The notes beneath the pieces are model-generated. The model was not told the DNA's origin. It saw only the letters and a list, made by a program, of their open reading frames with translations, and did not search any database. A program made the position numbers and the translations under genes. A DNA stretch of 63,732 nucleotides, counting the filler, from Octopus bimaculoides (Eukaryota), in NCBI RefSeq assembly GCF_001194135.2. It is 4 parts of 4 records of this genome, joined end to end, with 100 filler letters (N's around TTAATTAATTAA, not from the genome) between each part and the next. Parts side by side here need not be neighbours in the genome. Positions count along the whole stretch, not along the records: positions 1 to 18,460 come from NC_069001.1; 3 more parts are not named here. The stretch is one strand, 5' to 3'. Below are positions 1 through 12,473 of the stretch, piece by piece (position 1 is the stretch's first letter; each line of letters starts with the position of its first letter).

Positions 1-374
1 TTTCTTTTCAGTCAACTGGGTCGTGGCTGCTCCTGCTTTTAATATAACGATGTTGTTATTATTATGATTGTTATAGTTGTTGGTGTTAATTGCTGACTGC
101 TGGCGCAACAGTCGGCTGAAAGAGAGAGAGAGAGAGAAAGTGGGAGGGGCTGATGGCGGTAGCTGAAATGGGAATGAATCTTAGCTTAGAATGACGACTG
201 TTGGAAGTTGGTGTAAGCTTTAGCTTTAGCTTGCCGAAGAAATATATATATATATATATATATATATTGAGAGAGAAAGAGAGGAAAGAAACAGCAGTGA
301 AAGAGTAGAATGACAGAAGAGATAGAGGCAGCCGTAGTTGATTATATATATATTAGACAACTAACTTATTTCAC

Positions 375-824
375 GTAACTTACTTAACTAAATTAACTGA
401 CGGCAGAAATTGGAGAAGGCTGAGGCTAGAAGTAGAATTAACAACAGTAAAGAACACCGTTAGAAAACTATTTTCATAAATAATAAACTTATTGTATGGG
501 GATACTTAGGTGCCCTATAACTAATCGGAAAAGGGTTTTTAAAAAGCGGGGGTGTAGAATGAGAAGAATGCTAGCTGGAAGAATGGAATTAAAAAAAAAA
601 TAGTAACTTGCTTAACTAAATTAACTGACGGCAGAAATAGAAGGCTGAGGTTAGAAGTAGAATTAACAGCAGTAAAGAACACAGTTAGAAAACTTATTTT
701 CATAAATAATAAACTTATTGCATGGGATACTTAGGTGCACTGTAACTAATCGGAAAAGGGTTTTAAAAACGCGGGGGTGTAGAATAAGAATAATGATAGC
801 TGGAAGAATAGAATTTTTAAAAAA
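375..824. repeat. Two-copy tandem duplication, unit ~228 bp, with a degenerate third partial copy at ~1045-1125
   Basis: GTAACTT(A/G)CTTAACTAAATTAACTGACGGCAGAAAT...GCTGGAAGAAT occurs at 375 and again at 603 with scattered substitutions. Confidence 0.9.
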
Positions 825-863
825 TGGTGTCCTGACAGCTAACAACTATGCTTCAATAATTCT

Positions 864-985
864 GACTTTGCCTTTCATCCTTTCGAGGTCGATAAATTAA
901 GTACCAGTTACGTACTGAGGTCGATCTAATCGACTGGCCCCTTCCCCAAAAATGTCGGGCCTTGTGCCTAGAGAAGAAAAGAATT
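864..985 (+). mobile_element. SINE family A, 3' half with tail A1
   Basis: GACTTTGCCTTTCATCCTTTCG..GTCGATAAATTAAGTACCAGTT is shared with copies at 3236, 3434, 12474, 18833, 19097 and 50560. Confidence 0.8.
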
Positions 986-1764
986 CTGGGAATAAAAAGA
1001 GGAGTAAAGCAACTGTAGTACATCGTTAAAAATTTATTTAAAAATAAAAAAAAATGAGCTTATTGTGTAAGGTTCTCATGTGCTTTTAAACTTGTCGGAA
1101 AAGGGTAAAAAGCGGGTATAGGAAGGCCTGCATGCGGTTATATCAGGAGCCATGCAGGTGAATCTCGGGAAGCATGGAATTTCTGAAGAAATACAGTGTT
1201 CTGACTGTTAACAACCCATGCGGATAATTTATTCCATGCTTCGACAATTCTGAAAGTGGAAATAGAAGTAAAATATTTGTAAGATAACACTGTTACATAA
1301 TAATTCACCGTGTAAATAGAAATAAAATTTTAGCAGAGCATTAAAAAAACTATCGGCTGTAGAAATAACATTAAAGTAGTAGTAGTAGTAGTACATCGTT
1401 ATAATAAAAGTATTTACTGTGGAAATAGCAGTAACACATATATGTACGGTTGGATTGCCTATATATGATAATATATCAAGTTTAAAAACTTCGATTAGTT
1501 GCGGTTATTTTTATGATTAGAAAACTCTTCCAAGAGGTGCTTACTTTCGAAAAGAATATAAACTCCAGTACTTAAAACTCCATGTGTATTGACTAAATAT
1601 CTTCACAGATCTCTGTTGTTTTGCATTATTACACACACACAAAACCAGAATTAATTATTACACACACGCACACACACACAGAGAAAATATAAATATATAT
1701 TTCAAATTCACAGAAAGCAAAATACGAAGAGAGAGAGAGAGAGAGAGGTGAAGGTACAACATAT

Positions 1765-1937
1765 TCTTTCCTTCTTTTACTTGTTTCAGTGAGTTATTTG
1801 ACCGCGGCCGTGCTGGAGCACCGCCTTTAGTCGAAAAAAATCGACCCCAGGACTTATTCGTTTGTAAGCCTTGAACTTATTCTGTCAGATTCTTTTGCCG
1901 AACCGCTAAAGTTACGGGAACGTAAACACACAAACAC
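1765..1937 (-). mobile_element. SINE family D, 3' half
   Basis: Reverse complement aligns to 7790-8006 and 56690-56790 (GGCGGTGCTCCAGCA.GGCCGC..TC...ACTGAAACAAGTAAAAG). Confidence 0.8.
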
Positions 1938-1939
1938 AA

Positions 1940-1974
<35 letters not shown>

Positions 1975-2926
1975 NNNNNNNNNNNNNNNNNNNNNNNNNN
2001 NNNNNNNNNNNNNNNNNNNNNNNNNNNNNNNNNNNNNNNNNNNNNNNNNNNNNNNNNNNNNNNNNNNNNNNNNNNNNNNNNNNNNNNNNNNNNNNNNNNN
2101 NNNNNNNNNNNNNNNNNNNNNNNNNNNNNNNNNNNNNNNNNNNNNNNNNNNNNNNNNNNNNNNNNNNNNNNNNNNNNNNNNNNNNNNNNNNNNNNNNNNN
2201 NNNNNNNNNNNNNNNNNNNNNNNNNNNNNNNNNNNNNNNNNNNNNNNNNNNNNNNNNNNNNNNNNNNNNNNNNNNNNNNNNNNNNNNNNNNNNNNNNNNN
2301 NNNNNNNNNNNNNNNNNNNNNNNNNNNNNNNNNNNNNNNNNNNNNNNNNNNNNNNNNNNNNNNNNNNNNNNNNNNNNNNNNNNNNNNNNNNNNNNNNNNN
2401 NNNNNNNNNNNNNNNNNNNNNNNNNNNNNNNNNNNNNNNNNNNNNNNNNNNNNNNNNNNNNNNNNNNNNNNNNNNNNNNNNNNNNNNNNNNNNNNNNNNN
2501 NNNNNNNNNNNNNNNNNNNNNNNNNNNNNNNNNNNNNNNNNNNNNNNNNNNNNNNNNNNNNNNNNNNNNNNNNNNNNNNNNNNNNNNNNNNNNNNNNNNN
2601 NNNNNNNNNNNNNNNNNNNNNNNNNNNNNNNNNNNNNNNNNNNNNNNNNNNNNNNNNNNNNNNNNNNNNNNNNNNNNNNNNNNNNNNNNNNNNNNNNNNN
2701 NNNNNNNNNNNNNNNNNNNNNNNNNNNNNNNNNNNNNNNNNNNNNNNNNNNNNNNNNNNNNNNNNNNNNNNNNNNNNNNNNNNNNNNNNNNNNNNNNNNN
2801 NNNNNNNNNNNNNNNNNNNNNNNNNNNNNNNNNNNNNNNNNNNNNNNNNNNNNNNNNNNNNNNNNNNNNNNNNNNNNNNNNNNNNNNNNNNNNNNNNNNN
2901 NNNNNNNNNNNNNNNNNNNNNNNNNG

Positions 2927-2990
2927 AATATCCCAGAAACAGCTGTAAGACCTTCTATTTATAAATGTTCTATAATACAAACAGCCTTGG
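2927..2990 (+). mobile_element. 3' half of hammerhead-family-1 element; the 5' half is lost in the adjacent gap
   Basis: ATATCCCAGAAACAGCTGTAAGAC..TCTATTTATAAA matches 56363-56400 (+) and 27964-28015 (-). Confidence 0.7.
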
Positions 2991-3235
2991 TTTTTTATCT
3001 CATTACGAAATCCTTATATTCACACGCTGATATATGACCTACGTTGGACCCCTTATTCACATAATCACTGAACCTTGAGCTTAACTATGGTCTATCCACA
3101 CCACTTACTCAGCATTACCTGAAACCTCTGGGTCTAATTGACACCACTTTCGCTCATAACCTATATATATGGTTGTTATATTTTTTTTATAACATAATAG
3201 ATTAGATAGGATGATGTCTATATTACAACAACCAA

Positions 3236-3665
3236 TAATCTTTTCTACTCTAGGCTCAGGACCTGAAATTTTTGGGGGAGGTGGGGGCCAGTCAATTAAA
3301 TCAACCCCAATATGCAACTGGCACTTAATTTATCGAGCCTGACAGGTTGAAAGGCAAAGTTGACCTCAACAGAATTTGAACTCAGAATGTAAAGACAGAC
3401 GCTAAGCATTTCGCCCGGCGTGCTAACGTTTCTTATTTCTTTATTGCCCACAAGGGGCTAAACATAGAGGGGACAAACAAGGACAGACAAAGGGATTAAG
3501 TCGATTACATCGACCCCAATGTGTAACTGGTACTTAATTTATTGACCCTGAAAGAATGAAAGGCAAAGTCAACCTCAGCGGAATCTGAACTCAGAACGTA
3601 ACGGCAGACGAAATACCGCAAAGCATTTCGTCCGGCGTGCTAACGTTTCTGCTAGCTCTTCACCT
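3236..3665 (-). mobile_element. Two adjacent SINE A copies (tail A1 at 3236-3433, tail A2 at 3434-3665)
   Basis: Both carry the A body and a tRNA-like head with a B-box (GTTCAAATTC / GTTCAGATTCC on the minus strand); the 3' tails differ. Confidence 0.85.
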
Positions 3666-3835
3666 TATTTCAATAACTAATAATATGTTGTGCACGTATA
3701 GTAATATTATGATCATGAAATTAGCATTAGCTTATCTCACTTTTTCTCATGGAACCCCTAGGGACCTTTTGCAGAAACCCCAAGGTTCCAGGGAACCCAG
3801 TTGAGAAATGCTACTTGAACCTCTCATCAGTGAAG

Positions 3836-3959
3836 GCACATAGCTCAGTGGACAGAGTGTTCATTTTATGATCTTAAGGTCGTGAGTTCAATTCATGGTG
3901 TGGTGTGGTTGTGTCCTTATGCAAAACACTTCATTTCAGATTGCTCCAATCCACTCAGT
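3836..3959 (+). mobile_element. SINE family C head, interrupted by SINE B
   Basis: A-box TAGCTCAGTGG, B-box GTTCAATTC, then GTGTCCTT..GCAAAACACTTCATTTCA..TTGCTCCA.TCCACTCAG as at 13691-13897. Confidence 0.7.
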
Positions 3960-4307
3960 GGAGGCACAATGGCCCAGTGGTTAGGGCAGCGGACTCGCGG
4001 TTTTGATTCCCAGAATGGGCGTTGTGAGTGTTTATTGAGCGAAAATACCTAAAGCTCCACGAGGCTCCGGCAGGGGATGGTGGCGAACCCTGCTGTACTC
4101 TTTCACCACAACTTTCTCTCACTCTTACTTCCTGTTTCTGTTGTGCCTGTAATTCAAAGAGTCAGCCTTGTCACACTGTGTGTCACGCTGAATATCTCCG
4201 AGAACTACGTTAAGGGCACACGTATCTGTGGAGTGCTCAGCCACTTGCACGTTAATTTCACGAGCAGGCTGTTCCGTTAATCGGATCAACTGGAACCCTC
4301 GGCGTCG
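3960..4307 (+). mobile_element. Near full-length tRNA-derived SINE family B (tail 1)
   Basis: Head ATGGCCCAGTGGTTAGGGCAGCGGACTCGCGG...TTGATTCCC; body shared with 8984, 12172 and 14108. Confidence 0.9.
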
Positions 4308-4980
4308 ATAGATAGATAGATAGACAGACAAAGAGATAGAGACAGACAGACAGACAAATAGATAGATAGATAGAAAGAAATACAGGTACGTATAACCAAA
4401 TATGCCACAATTTATGCAGCATCAACACTCATATATGCATAGCTAATATACCACACCACCACCATCATCATCATTAACAACAACTGCAGCAACGGTGTCA
4501 TTGTCCTATAGAGTAGTTAAACTGTTATCTTCAGCTAAACCTATAGTGTAATAGGAATATATGTAGATGCATGTATGTATGTGTGCATGTATGTATGTGT
4601 GCATATATGTATGTGTGTACATGCAAGTGTGTGTGTGTGCCTTTATGAGTGCGTGTGTAAATCTATAAGGATAAAAATAATATAGTTTATACGATTGTGT
4701 ATTGTTTAAATAAACTATACATTTACACACAGAGTCTATCTGTCTATCTATCTATCTATCTATCTGTCTGTCTGTCTGTCTATCTATCTGCTGATCTCTC
4801 TATCTACATACATATACACATGTGTGCACCACCTCCCCAAAAAGAAAAAAACACATACATGCGAAATGAATATTGTCTTATGACTTGTGTTACACACTGC
4901 TAAGTTATTTAGTCAAGAACTGTATATATGTATATACTTATGTATGTGTGTACATATGTATGTATATATGTATGCTTGCC

Positions 4981-5085
4981 ATTATTCGGTTTTATTTCAA
5001 GGTTTTTTTGTCAATAGAGAAAGAGCCAGTTTCTAACCTAGATCCAAGGCTCCTTCATTGGAATTTCAACAACATCAACAGTATA
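4981..5085 (+). repeat. Interspersed repeat family F (~100 bp)
   Basis: AGAGAAAGAGCC.GTTTCTAACCTAGAT.CAAG.CTCCTTCATTGGAA recurs at 38661-38762 and 38828-38925; degenerate copies at ~26030 and ~52700. Confidence 0.8.
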
Positions 5086-5180
5086 TTTCTGTATGTATGT
5101 ATATGTTCAGATTTGTATATTTTGTATTATGTATGCATTCTCATGCATATAGTTGCATATCTAGACATGCTCATATATAT

Positions 5181-5320
5181 TTAAATGATGAACTTCTGGA
5201 AAGTTTTACAGATTTTTACAATTCCAGTGATGGATTGGATCTGTAGTCTTTGAATTAGCTTTCTCTTTTCTAGTTTTGAGAAGCCTAATTTCTCAAGATT
5301 GTTATTTAGGCAGTGTGTTA
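5181..5320 (-). mobile_element. Possible C-terminal relic of a restriction-like-endonuclease (R4/Dong-type) LINE ORF
   Basis: Minus strand reads NNNLEKLGFSKLEKRKLIQRLQIQSITGIVKICKTFQKFII*, resembling the L..LG....LQ....GT..I.R C-terminus of such ORFs (recognition from memory only). Confidence 0.35.
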
Positions 5321-5321
5321 C

Positions 5322-5352
<31 letters not shown>

Positions 5353-5360
5353 TGTATGTA

Positions 5361-5397
<37 letters not shown>

Positions 5398-5597
5398 ATG
5401 TATTTATTTCTGAGTGTATAAATGTATGAATATGTGTGTATGAGTGTATGTATGTATGTCCAATAACCTACAACTTTACAACTGATGTAATAAAACACAT
5501 TAATTACCTGGCAATAATTTACTATGTAAGCATGTATGTATTTATGTGTGTGCGTTAGTGTATATGTATGTGTGTGTACATATATTATGTATATATG

Positions 5598-5629
<32 letters not shown>

Positions 5630-6140
5630 AGTATGCAGTAGTATGAAAGTATGAACAGGCAAACAACTGGTATTTGCTTAGATCATGGCATTTTTATATT
5701 TAAACATAATTCATGAGTTGTTACAATAGAGTAGATCATAAAAAATGAGGAAGTTGTTGCAACAACTACCCCAAAAGTATACTATCCACTACAGTTATGA
5801 CCAAAGACTCCACTTTTGGCCAACCCTGTACATATGCATGTATATATATGTATGTGTGTTTATATTCATTATTTCAATGGATTCTGCCTGTTTTATCTGC
5901 GAATAATTTAACTTAAAAATTAGCCAAAATGAATAAAAGTTTATTTCAGTATTTTGCAAACATTCCTTTAGCTAAAATCACAGTTTTCACTCAATTAACC
6001 ATGAACTTACTTAAATTATCAAAGATAGACAGATCTGTGTTTCTTTAATCTTTGATGAATGCTTTTTTCAACTCTGTCCTCATCGTTGTCATTGTCATCA
6101 TTGTCATCATCCACCTCTTCCTTCTCATCACTGTCAAAAT

Positions 6141-6330
6141 CGTTTGATATCCGTTTTCCAACCCATACCAATAGTATGGGTTGGATAATTCAACAGGAGC
6201 TAGAGGGCTGTGCTGAATTCCAGTGCCTGCCTTGGCATAGTTGCTACATGTGGGTGTCTTCTGAACACCAGCTAATTTACAGAGTGTACTGGATGCTTTT
6301 TATGTGGCACCAACACTAATGATCTTACTA
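6141..6330 (-). mobile_element. SINE-like family E fragment with a degenerate (CAT)n tail at ~6080-6140
   Basis: CGTTT..TATCCGTTTTCCA...ATGGGTTGGA motif is shared with 18025-18086. Confidence 0.55.
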
Positions 6331-7554
6331 AGTAATTCACATGACAATCTGTAATTGCAGTAATTTGCAGCAATTCCTAGTAATTTTGTAATAATAAGTG
6401 AATTTGATACTAAGGTAACTAACTATACATTATTTTTGGCAATGTTTTCATTTTTATAATTTTCCAGTTATTTCCATTGTGCATCTATGATTTCTTGCAC
6501 TCACTCCAGTTATTAAATTTTTTTTTTCTTTACAGACATGTCAGAGTGGTTTAAAAGAAAAGAATACTGGGATCAATTTGTGCTACTAAACCATTCATGG
6601 CAGTGCCCCAGCATGGCTGCAGTCCAATAACTGAAACAAGTAAAGGATAAAATATTTGTTCTTTTATAATTCATTGTGGGCCCTTTTACCCAATAAAATT
6701 TGTCTACAACCAAACAATAAAGTGAATTGTTTAATGTTCCCATGGGAATATGCAATGGAATTGAATGATAGGAAATTCTTAGAACTTATGCTTTAGATCT
6801 CTTACATAAATGAATTCCTGCCTTACATGGTGCTCTGTATTGAGATGACAGGCTTATAGACTTGTGCAAAATGAATACTCAAGGATTACATAGATTTAGA
6901 AAAACATTACATGTAATTATTTAATGAGATAGTTTTATGAATAACAGCTCATATTAATCTTAGTATTTTTACCTTTTGGATATTACCTTAGACTTAGATG
7001 CAAATATAATATACTTGCTTTTGTCTAAAAACCTAACACAAGGTATTTTATATAAATAAGAATTCCAGTCACGTACTCAATATTCTATGAAATTTAATTT
7101 CTAAAATCAGTAAATGTATACCACCTTATTTTTTGATAAAGCCACATTCATTAGAACTTGTTACTGCAACAAGGTCTTTACTAATAGTGTCTGTTCCAAT
7201 AAAGTGCATAATATTACTCATTTTATGCTCCAATGTGTAATAATGGACCAATTTTGGGTTTAATCTAAATTTTAGTCTGTAAGAAACAACAAAAATTAAT
7301 AAGGCATTAAGACAGAATGACTCTCCCCAGATACAACAGAAGAAAAAATATTGCTCAAAATTTTCTATATTTCATTAAACTTCCTTTTCTGATGATCCTT
7401 AGATAACAAATGATATTTAACAGAAACTTGATTAAATTTAGGCATTCTTACTCTAAAAATTGAATTTGCTCAATTAATTATTTCAATTGTGAAAGACTTT
7501 TTTTCCCAAACTAGTAATAATTTCTTTTCCTACAACTTTATCATTAATTCCAAC

Positions 7555-7784
7555 TATGAGAGTTGGTTAAAAAGTTCATAGGCTGACCAAGATGCTCTCT
7601 GGAATGTTACCAAGTAAGGTTTATTTTTCAACATAGTCCCCCGTTTGCAGTTTACACATCTCTTCCATGTTGGTGAAAAAAGTCATCAACAGTAGATATG
7701 ACACCATCACCACTGTGATACTGGTTTCCAGCTAAGTTCTTTTTACTTCATGTTGGGGAACAGATGTCAGTCAGATGGGGCCAA
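7555..7784 (-). mobile_element. Internally deleted mariner fragment
   Basis: Minus strand LAPSD*HLFPNMK then ELAGNQYHSGDGVISTVDDFF (third catalytic D region); TIR-like TATGAGAGTTGGTTAAAAAGTTC at 7555. Confidence 0.7.
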
Positions 7785-7789
7785 CTGTG

Positions 7790-8006
7790 TATGTGTGTGT
7801 ATATGTTTGTGTATCTGTGTTTGTCCCCCCAACATCGCTTGACAATCGATGCTGGTGTGTTTACGTCCCCCTAACTTAGTGGTTCGGCAAAAGAGAACCA
7901 GTAGAATAAGTACTAGGCTTACAAAGAATAAGTCCTGGAGGTCGATTTGCTAAACTAAAGGCGGTGCTCCAGCATGGCCACAGTCAAATGACTGAAACAA
8001 GTAAAA
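7790..8006 (+). mobile_element. SINE family D, 3' half
   Basis: Aligns to 1765-1937 (-), 56690-56790, 6597-6662 and 26275-26383. Confidence 0.85.
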
Positions 8007-8983
8007 CAGTAAATAGCAGTCGAGCACTGGTGGGGACCAATGTAATCTACTTACCCTCTCCTCTGGAATTGCTGGCCTTGTGCAGAAATTTGAAACCAAT
8101 GAAATAAATGAAACAAAGAAATAATTAGAACACTTTTGGGTTATAAATTTATTATCATCATAATCATCATCATCATTTTTCATTTATTTATTACATTTAT
8201 GTTGTTTTTTTTTTTTTTTAACTTTCATCAGAGAAATTTTCATCTTGTAACTTTTGTTTTTTGTTGTTATTGTCCTTCTTTGCTAAATTATATATATTTA
8301 TTTTTTTAAATTGATTTTTTTTTTATATATTATTTTTTTATATATATAATTTTCTTTTGTTTTTTATTTGTGTGTTTGTATATGTGCGTGTGTTTGTATT
8401 GTAGCAGCTTTAGTGAATTTTTTATTTTTTTTTATTTTTANNNNNNNNNNNNNNNNNNNNNNNNNNNNNNNNNNNNNNNNNNNNNNNNNNNNNNNNNNNN
8501 NNNNNNNNNNNNNNNNNNNNNNNNNNNNNNNNNNNNNNNNNNNNNNNNNNNNNNNNNNNNNNNNNNNNNNNNNNNNNNNNNNNNNNNNNNNNNNNNNNNN
8601 NNNNNNNNNNNNNNNNNNNNNNNNNNNNNNNNNNNNNNNNNNNNNNNNNNNNNNNNNNNNNNNNNNNNNNNNNNNNNNNNNNNNNNNNNNNNNNNNNNNN
8701 NNNNNNNNNNNNNNNNNNNNNNNNNNNNNNNNNNNNNNNNNCCCCACACATGTACATGTTTCTGTCTTAAATTTTAAGATAAAGGTAACAGAGGGCATGA
8801 TATATTTTTTATCTCTCACACAGTAATGGGAGTGTCATAAGGTTTTATCATAAATCTTCACACACACACACAAAAGGGTAGGACCCACAGAAAATGCCAC
8901 ACATAAGTTATGCTTGTAAATCTTGAGACAAAAGATGATCCACACCACAAGGAAAAGAACCACAAATTTTTCTACCCTAAATC

Positions 8984-9431
8984 ATGGCCCAGTGGTTAGG
9001 GCAGCAGACTCGTGGTCGGAGGATCGCGGTTTCAATTCCCAGACCGGGTGTTGTGTGTGTTTATGTGTTTATTGAGCGAAAACACCTAAAAGCTCCACGA
9101 GGCTCCGGCAGGGGGTAGTGGCGACCCCTGTTGTACTCTTTCGCCACAACTTTCTCTCACTCTTTCTTCCTGTTTCTTGGGTAAAGCTGCGATGGACTGG
9201 TGTCCCATCTAGCTNNNNNNNNNNNNNNNNNNNNNNNNNNNNNNNNNNNNNNNNNNNNNNNNNNNNNNNNNNNNNNNNNNNNNNNNNNNNNNNNNNNNNN
9301 NNNNNNNNNNNNNNNNNNNNNNNNNNNNNNNNNNNNNNNNNNNNNNNNNNNNNNGGGGGGGGGGGGAACACATACGCCATAGAAACCAGGAAACTGGGCC
9401 CATGAGCCTGGCTAGGCTTTAAAGGGTGCAT
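8984..9431 (+). mobile_element. Chimeric SINE: family B head and body plus the tail shared with family C (spans a gap)
   Basis: B sequence up to CTTCCTGTTTCT, then CTGCGATGGACTGGTGTCC...GGGGAACACATACGCCAT.GAAACCAGGAAAC as at 13825-13897. Confidence 0.85.
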
Positions 9432-9570
9432 AAAAACATAAATAAAATCATTAGAGATAAAAAAAAAAAAGTACACAGACAACACTATAACAAGACCACA
9501 TACATTTTCTGCTTTAAATATATACTATCCTATAATGTTCTTGCTCGAAATCATTTGACAAAGCATAACA

Positions 9571-9848
9571 CAGTGGTTTTCAAACTGTGATCCACAAGGA
9601 CAAGACAGGGGGTCCGTGAACAGCAAATACTTTTTATGGGCAATTTGATTTTATATATGGTTTTTAATCGAAATTTTTTAATTGACAATAAACCTATTTG
9701 TTAAATACTGTTAAATAAATAAATGTAAAAATATATGTTATTTTAAGCAAATATTTATGTATAAATTTCATAAGCGTTTATAAGGGGTCCCTAAGGTAAA
9801 GCCTGAAATATAAAGGGGTCCGCAAGTCAAAAAGTTTGAAAACCCCTG
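9571..9848. mobile_element. hAT-superfamily MITE, 278 bp
   Basis: TIRs CAGTGGTTTTCAAACT / AGTTTGAAAACCCCTG; perfect 8-bp TSD GCATAACA at 9563-9570 and 9849-9856. Confidence 0.92.
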
Positions 9849-9889
9849 GCATAACACACACACACACACACACGATAATGGGGATATCA

Positions 9890-11192
9890 TGTGGTTTTCT
9901 AACTTAAATATTTATACAAGAAGTGACTCACAATAAGGAGGACATCAGATATTGAATCCCTAAATTTTACACCATGGTGGATTCTGAGGACAACATCTAT
10001 GCCCATGTTAAAAACGGAATCGTACGTTACAAAGTCCTAATATTTAAGACAGCTGCATTCTCTGACGTTAAGGTGGGGAGCAGATATTTTAAGTCCTAAA
10101 AACTGAGGGTGAAAGACATACATTCACATTAAAGTAGTGAGACCACATGTTTTAGATCCTAAAATTCAGAAGCACAAACATATGCCTACATTAAAAAATG
10201 CTTCCTACATGTTTCAAGTCCTCAAATTGAAGGCCAACAACATACACACACACTAAAAACGAAATGTGCCCGCATGTTCTGTCTTAAAATTCAGGGTCAA
10301 CAACATAAACCCACATTAATAAAATGAACCCTCCATGTTATAAGTCCTAAACAGGAGACGACATACACCCACATATTCAAAGTACTAAAACTGAGGGCTA
10401 ATAACATATACCTGCATTTTAAAAAATGTGCCCACATGTTTTAAGTCATAAAATTCAGGGTCAACAACATGCATCCATATTAAGATAATGTGCCCCACAT
10501 GTTTAAGAACTAAAACTGAGGACAGGCATGAATCCACATTAAAAAAATATGCCCATGTCCCAGCATTCAGAACCAACACCATACATCCACATTAACAAAA
10601 ATGAACCGTCCATGTTATCAGTCCTAAACAGGAGAAGCAATGTACACCCACATTAAAAAAATGCATTCTACATGCTTTAGGTCCTAAAACTGAGGGCCAG
10701 CAGCATAGCCCCCACATTACAAAATTGGACTCATGGTTCAAGTCTTCACATTCAGAGCCAATGACATATGCCCACATGTTCCAAGCCTTAAAATTCGGGG
10801 CCAATAATATACACCCATATTTAAAAAATGTGCCCACATGCTTCAGTCCTGAAACAGATCCACCAACATACACTCACTTTACAAAATGCATCCACATGTT
10901 TTAAGCCCTAAAATTCAGGGTTAATAACACACAGCCACATTAAGATAATATGCCATACGTTTTAAATCCTAAAAATTTAGGGCTAACATACACCCACATT
11001 AAAAAAAACAAAACAATGTGCCCCACATGTCTTAAGTCCTAAACCAGAGCAACATCAGACACTCTCACATGTACTTTTACAAAATGCACCCACATGTTGT
11101 TAGCCCTAAAATTCAGGGCTAACAACATACTCCCTCATTAAAAAATGTGCGCCATGTATATTTTAAGTCCTACACCATACACCCACATTAAA
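9890..11192. repeat. Degenerate minisatellite, unit ~55-62 bp, roughly 20 copies
   Basis: Recurrent CCCACATTAAAAAATGTGCCCACATGTTTTAAGTCCTAAAATTCAGGG..AACAACATA units. Confidence 0.85.
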
Positions 11193-11371
11193 GATGATGA
11201 GGGGGAAAGTGTGGGGGAGGGGAGAGGGGGGGTTTAATTACTTCGGCTAGAACGCCGAACAAACGATTCTTTCAGATTAGTCGACCGACCCTGTGTCAAA
11301 GGCCATGTCAAGCAGAACGGAGATAATGAAAGTTTTTATACTTAACCAATAACAACAACAATAACAACAGC

Positions 11372-11406
<35 letters not shown>

Positions 11407-12171
11407 CAACAACAACAACAACAAAAACCAAAACAAATAAAACAAAACATATTAATTAACATGGTTTGAAATNNNNNNNNNNNNNNNNNNNNNNNNNNNN
11501 NNNNNNNNNNNNNNNNNNNNNNNNNNNNNNNNNNNNNNNNNNNNNNNNNNNNNNNNNNNNNNNNNNNNNNNNNNNNNNNNNNNNNNNNNNNNNNNNNNNN
11601 NNNNNNNNNNNNNNNNNNNNNNNNNNNNNNNNNNNNNNNNNNNNNNNNNNNNNNNNNNNNNNNNNNNNNNNNNNNNNNNNNNNNNNNNNNNNNNNNNNNN
11701 NNNNNNNNNNNNNNNNNNNNNNNNNNNNNNNNNNNNNNNNNNNNNNNNNNNNNNNNNNNNNNNNNNNNNNNNNNNNNNNNNNNNNNNNNNNNNNNNNNNN
11801 NNNNNNNNNNNNNNNNNNNNNNNNNNNNNNNNNNNNNNNNNNNNNNNNNNNNNNNNNNNNNNNNNNNNNNNNNNNNNNNNNNNNNNNNNNNNNNNNNNNN
11901 NNNNNNNNNNNNNNNNNNNNNNNNNNNNNNNNNNNNNNNNNNNNNNNNNNNNNNNNNNNNNNNNNNNNNNNNNNNNNNNNNNNNNNNNNNNNNNNNNNNN
12001 NNNNNNNNNNNNNNNNNNNNNNNNNNNNNNNNNNNNNNNNNNNNNNNNNNNNNNNNNNNNNNNNNNNNNNNNNNNNNNNNNNNNNNNNNNNNNNNNNNNN
12101 NNNNNNNNNNNNNNNNNNNNNNNNNNNNNNNNNNNNNNNNNNNNNNNNNNNNNNNNNNNNNNNNNNNNNNN

Positions 12172-12440
12172 NCCCTTAACGTAGTTCTCTGGGAGATTCA
12201 GCGTGACAGTGTGACAAGGCTGACCCTTTGAATTACAGGCACAACAGAAACAGGAAGTAAGAGTGAGAGAAAGTTGTGGTGAAAGAGTACAGCAGGGTTC
12301 GCCACCATCCCCTGCCGGAGCCTCATGGGGCTTTTAGGTGTTTACGCTCAATAAACACTCACAATGCCCGGTCTGGAAATCGAAACCGCAATCCTATGAC
12401 CGCGAGTCCGTTGCCCTAACCACTGGGCCATTGCGCCTCC
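12172..12440 (-). mobile_element. SINE family B (tail 1), 3' end in the gap
   Basis: Reverse complement aligns with 3960-4215, including the intact head GGAGGCGCAATGGCCCAGTGGTTAGGGC. Confidence 0.9.
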
Positions 12441-12473
12441 ACAATATATAATAATAATAACAACAGTAATAAT

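Noticed and set aside
3960-4030. tRNA-like sequences with A and B boxes (also 3836, 8984, 12370-12440, 18833, 56488)
   Set aside because: No complete cloverleaf, and each continues into a repeated SINE body; these are SINE heads, not tRNA genes
6059-6319. Ser-rich ORF, with an acidic frame on the opposite strand
   Set aside because: Explained by a family E repeat and its degenerate (CAT)n tail
9890-11192. CRISPR-like array or repeat protein
   Set aside because: The whole unit is degenerate with no identical repeats or unique spacers, there are no cas genes, the context is eukaryotic, and the unit length varies so that frames break
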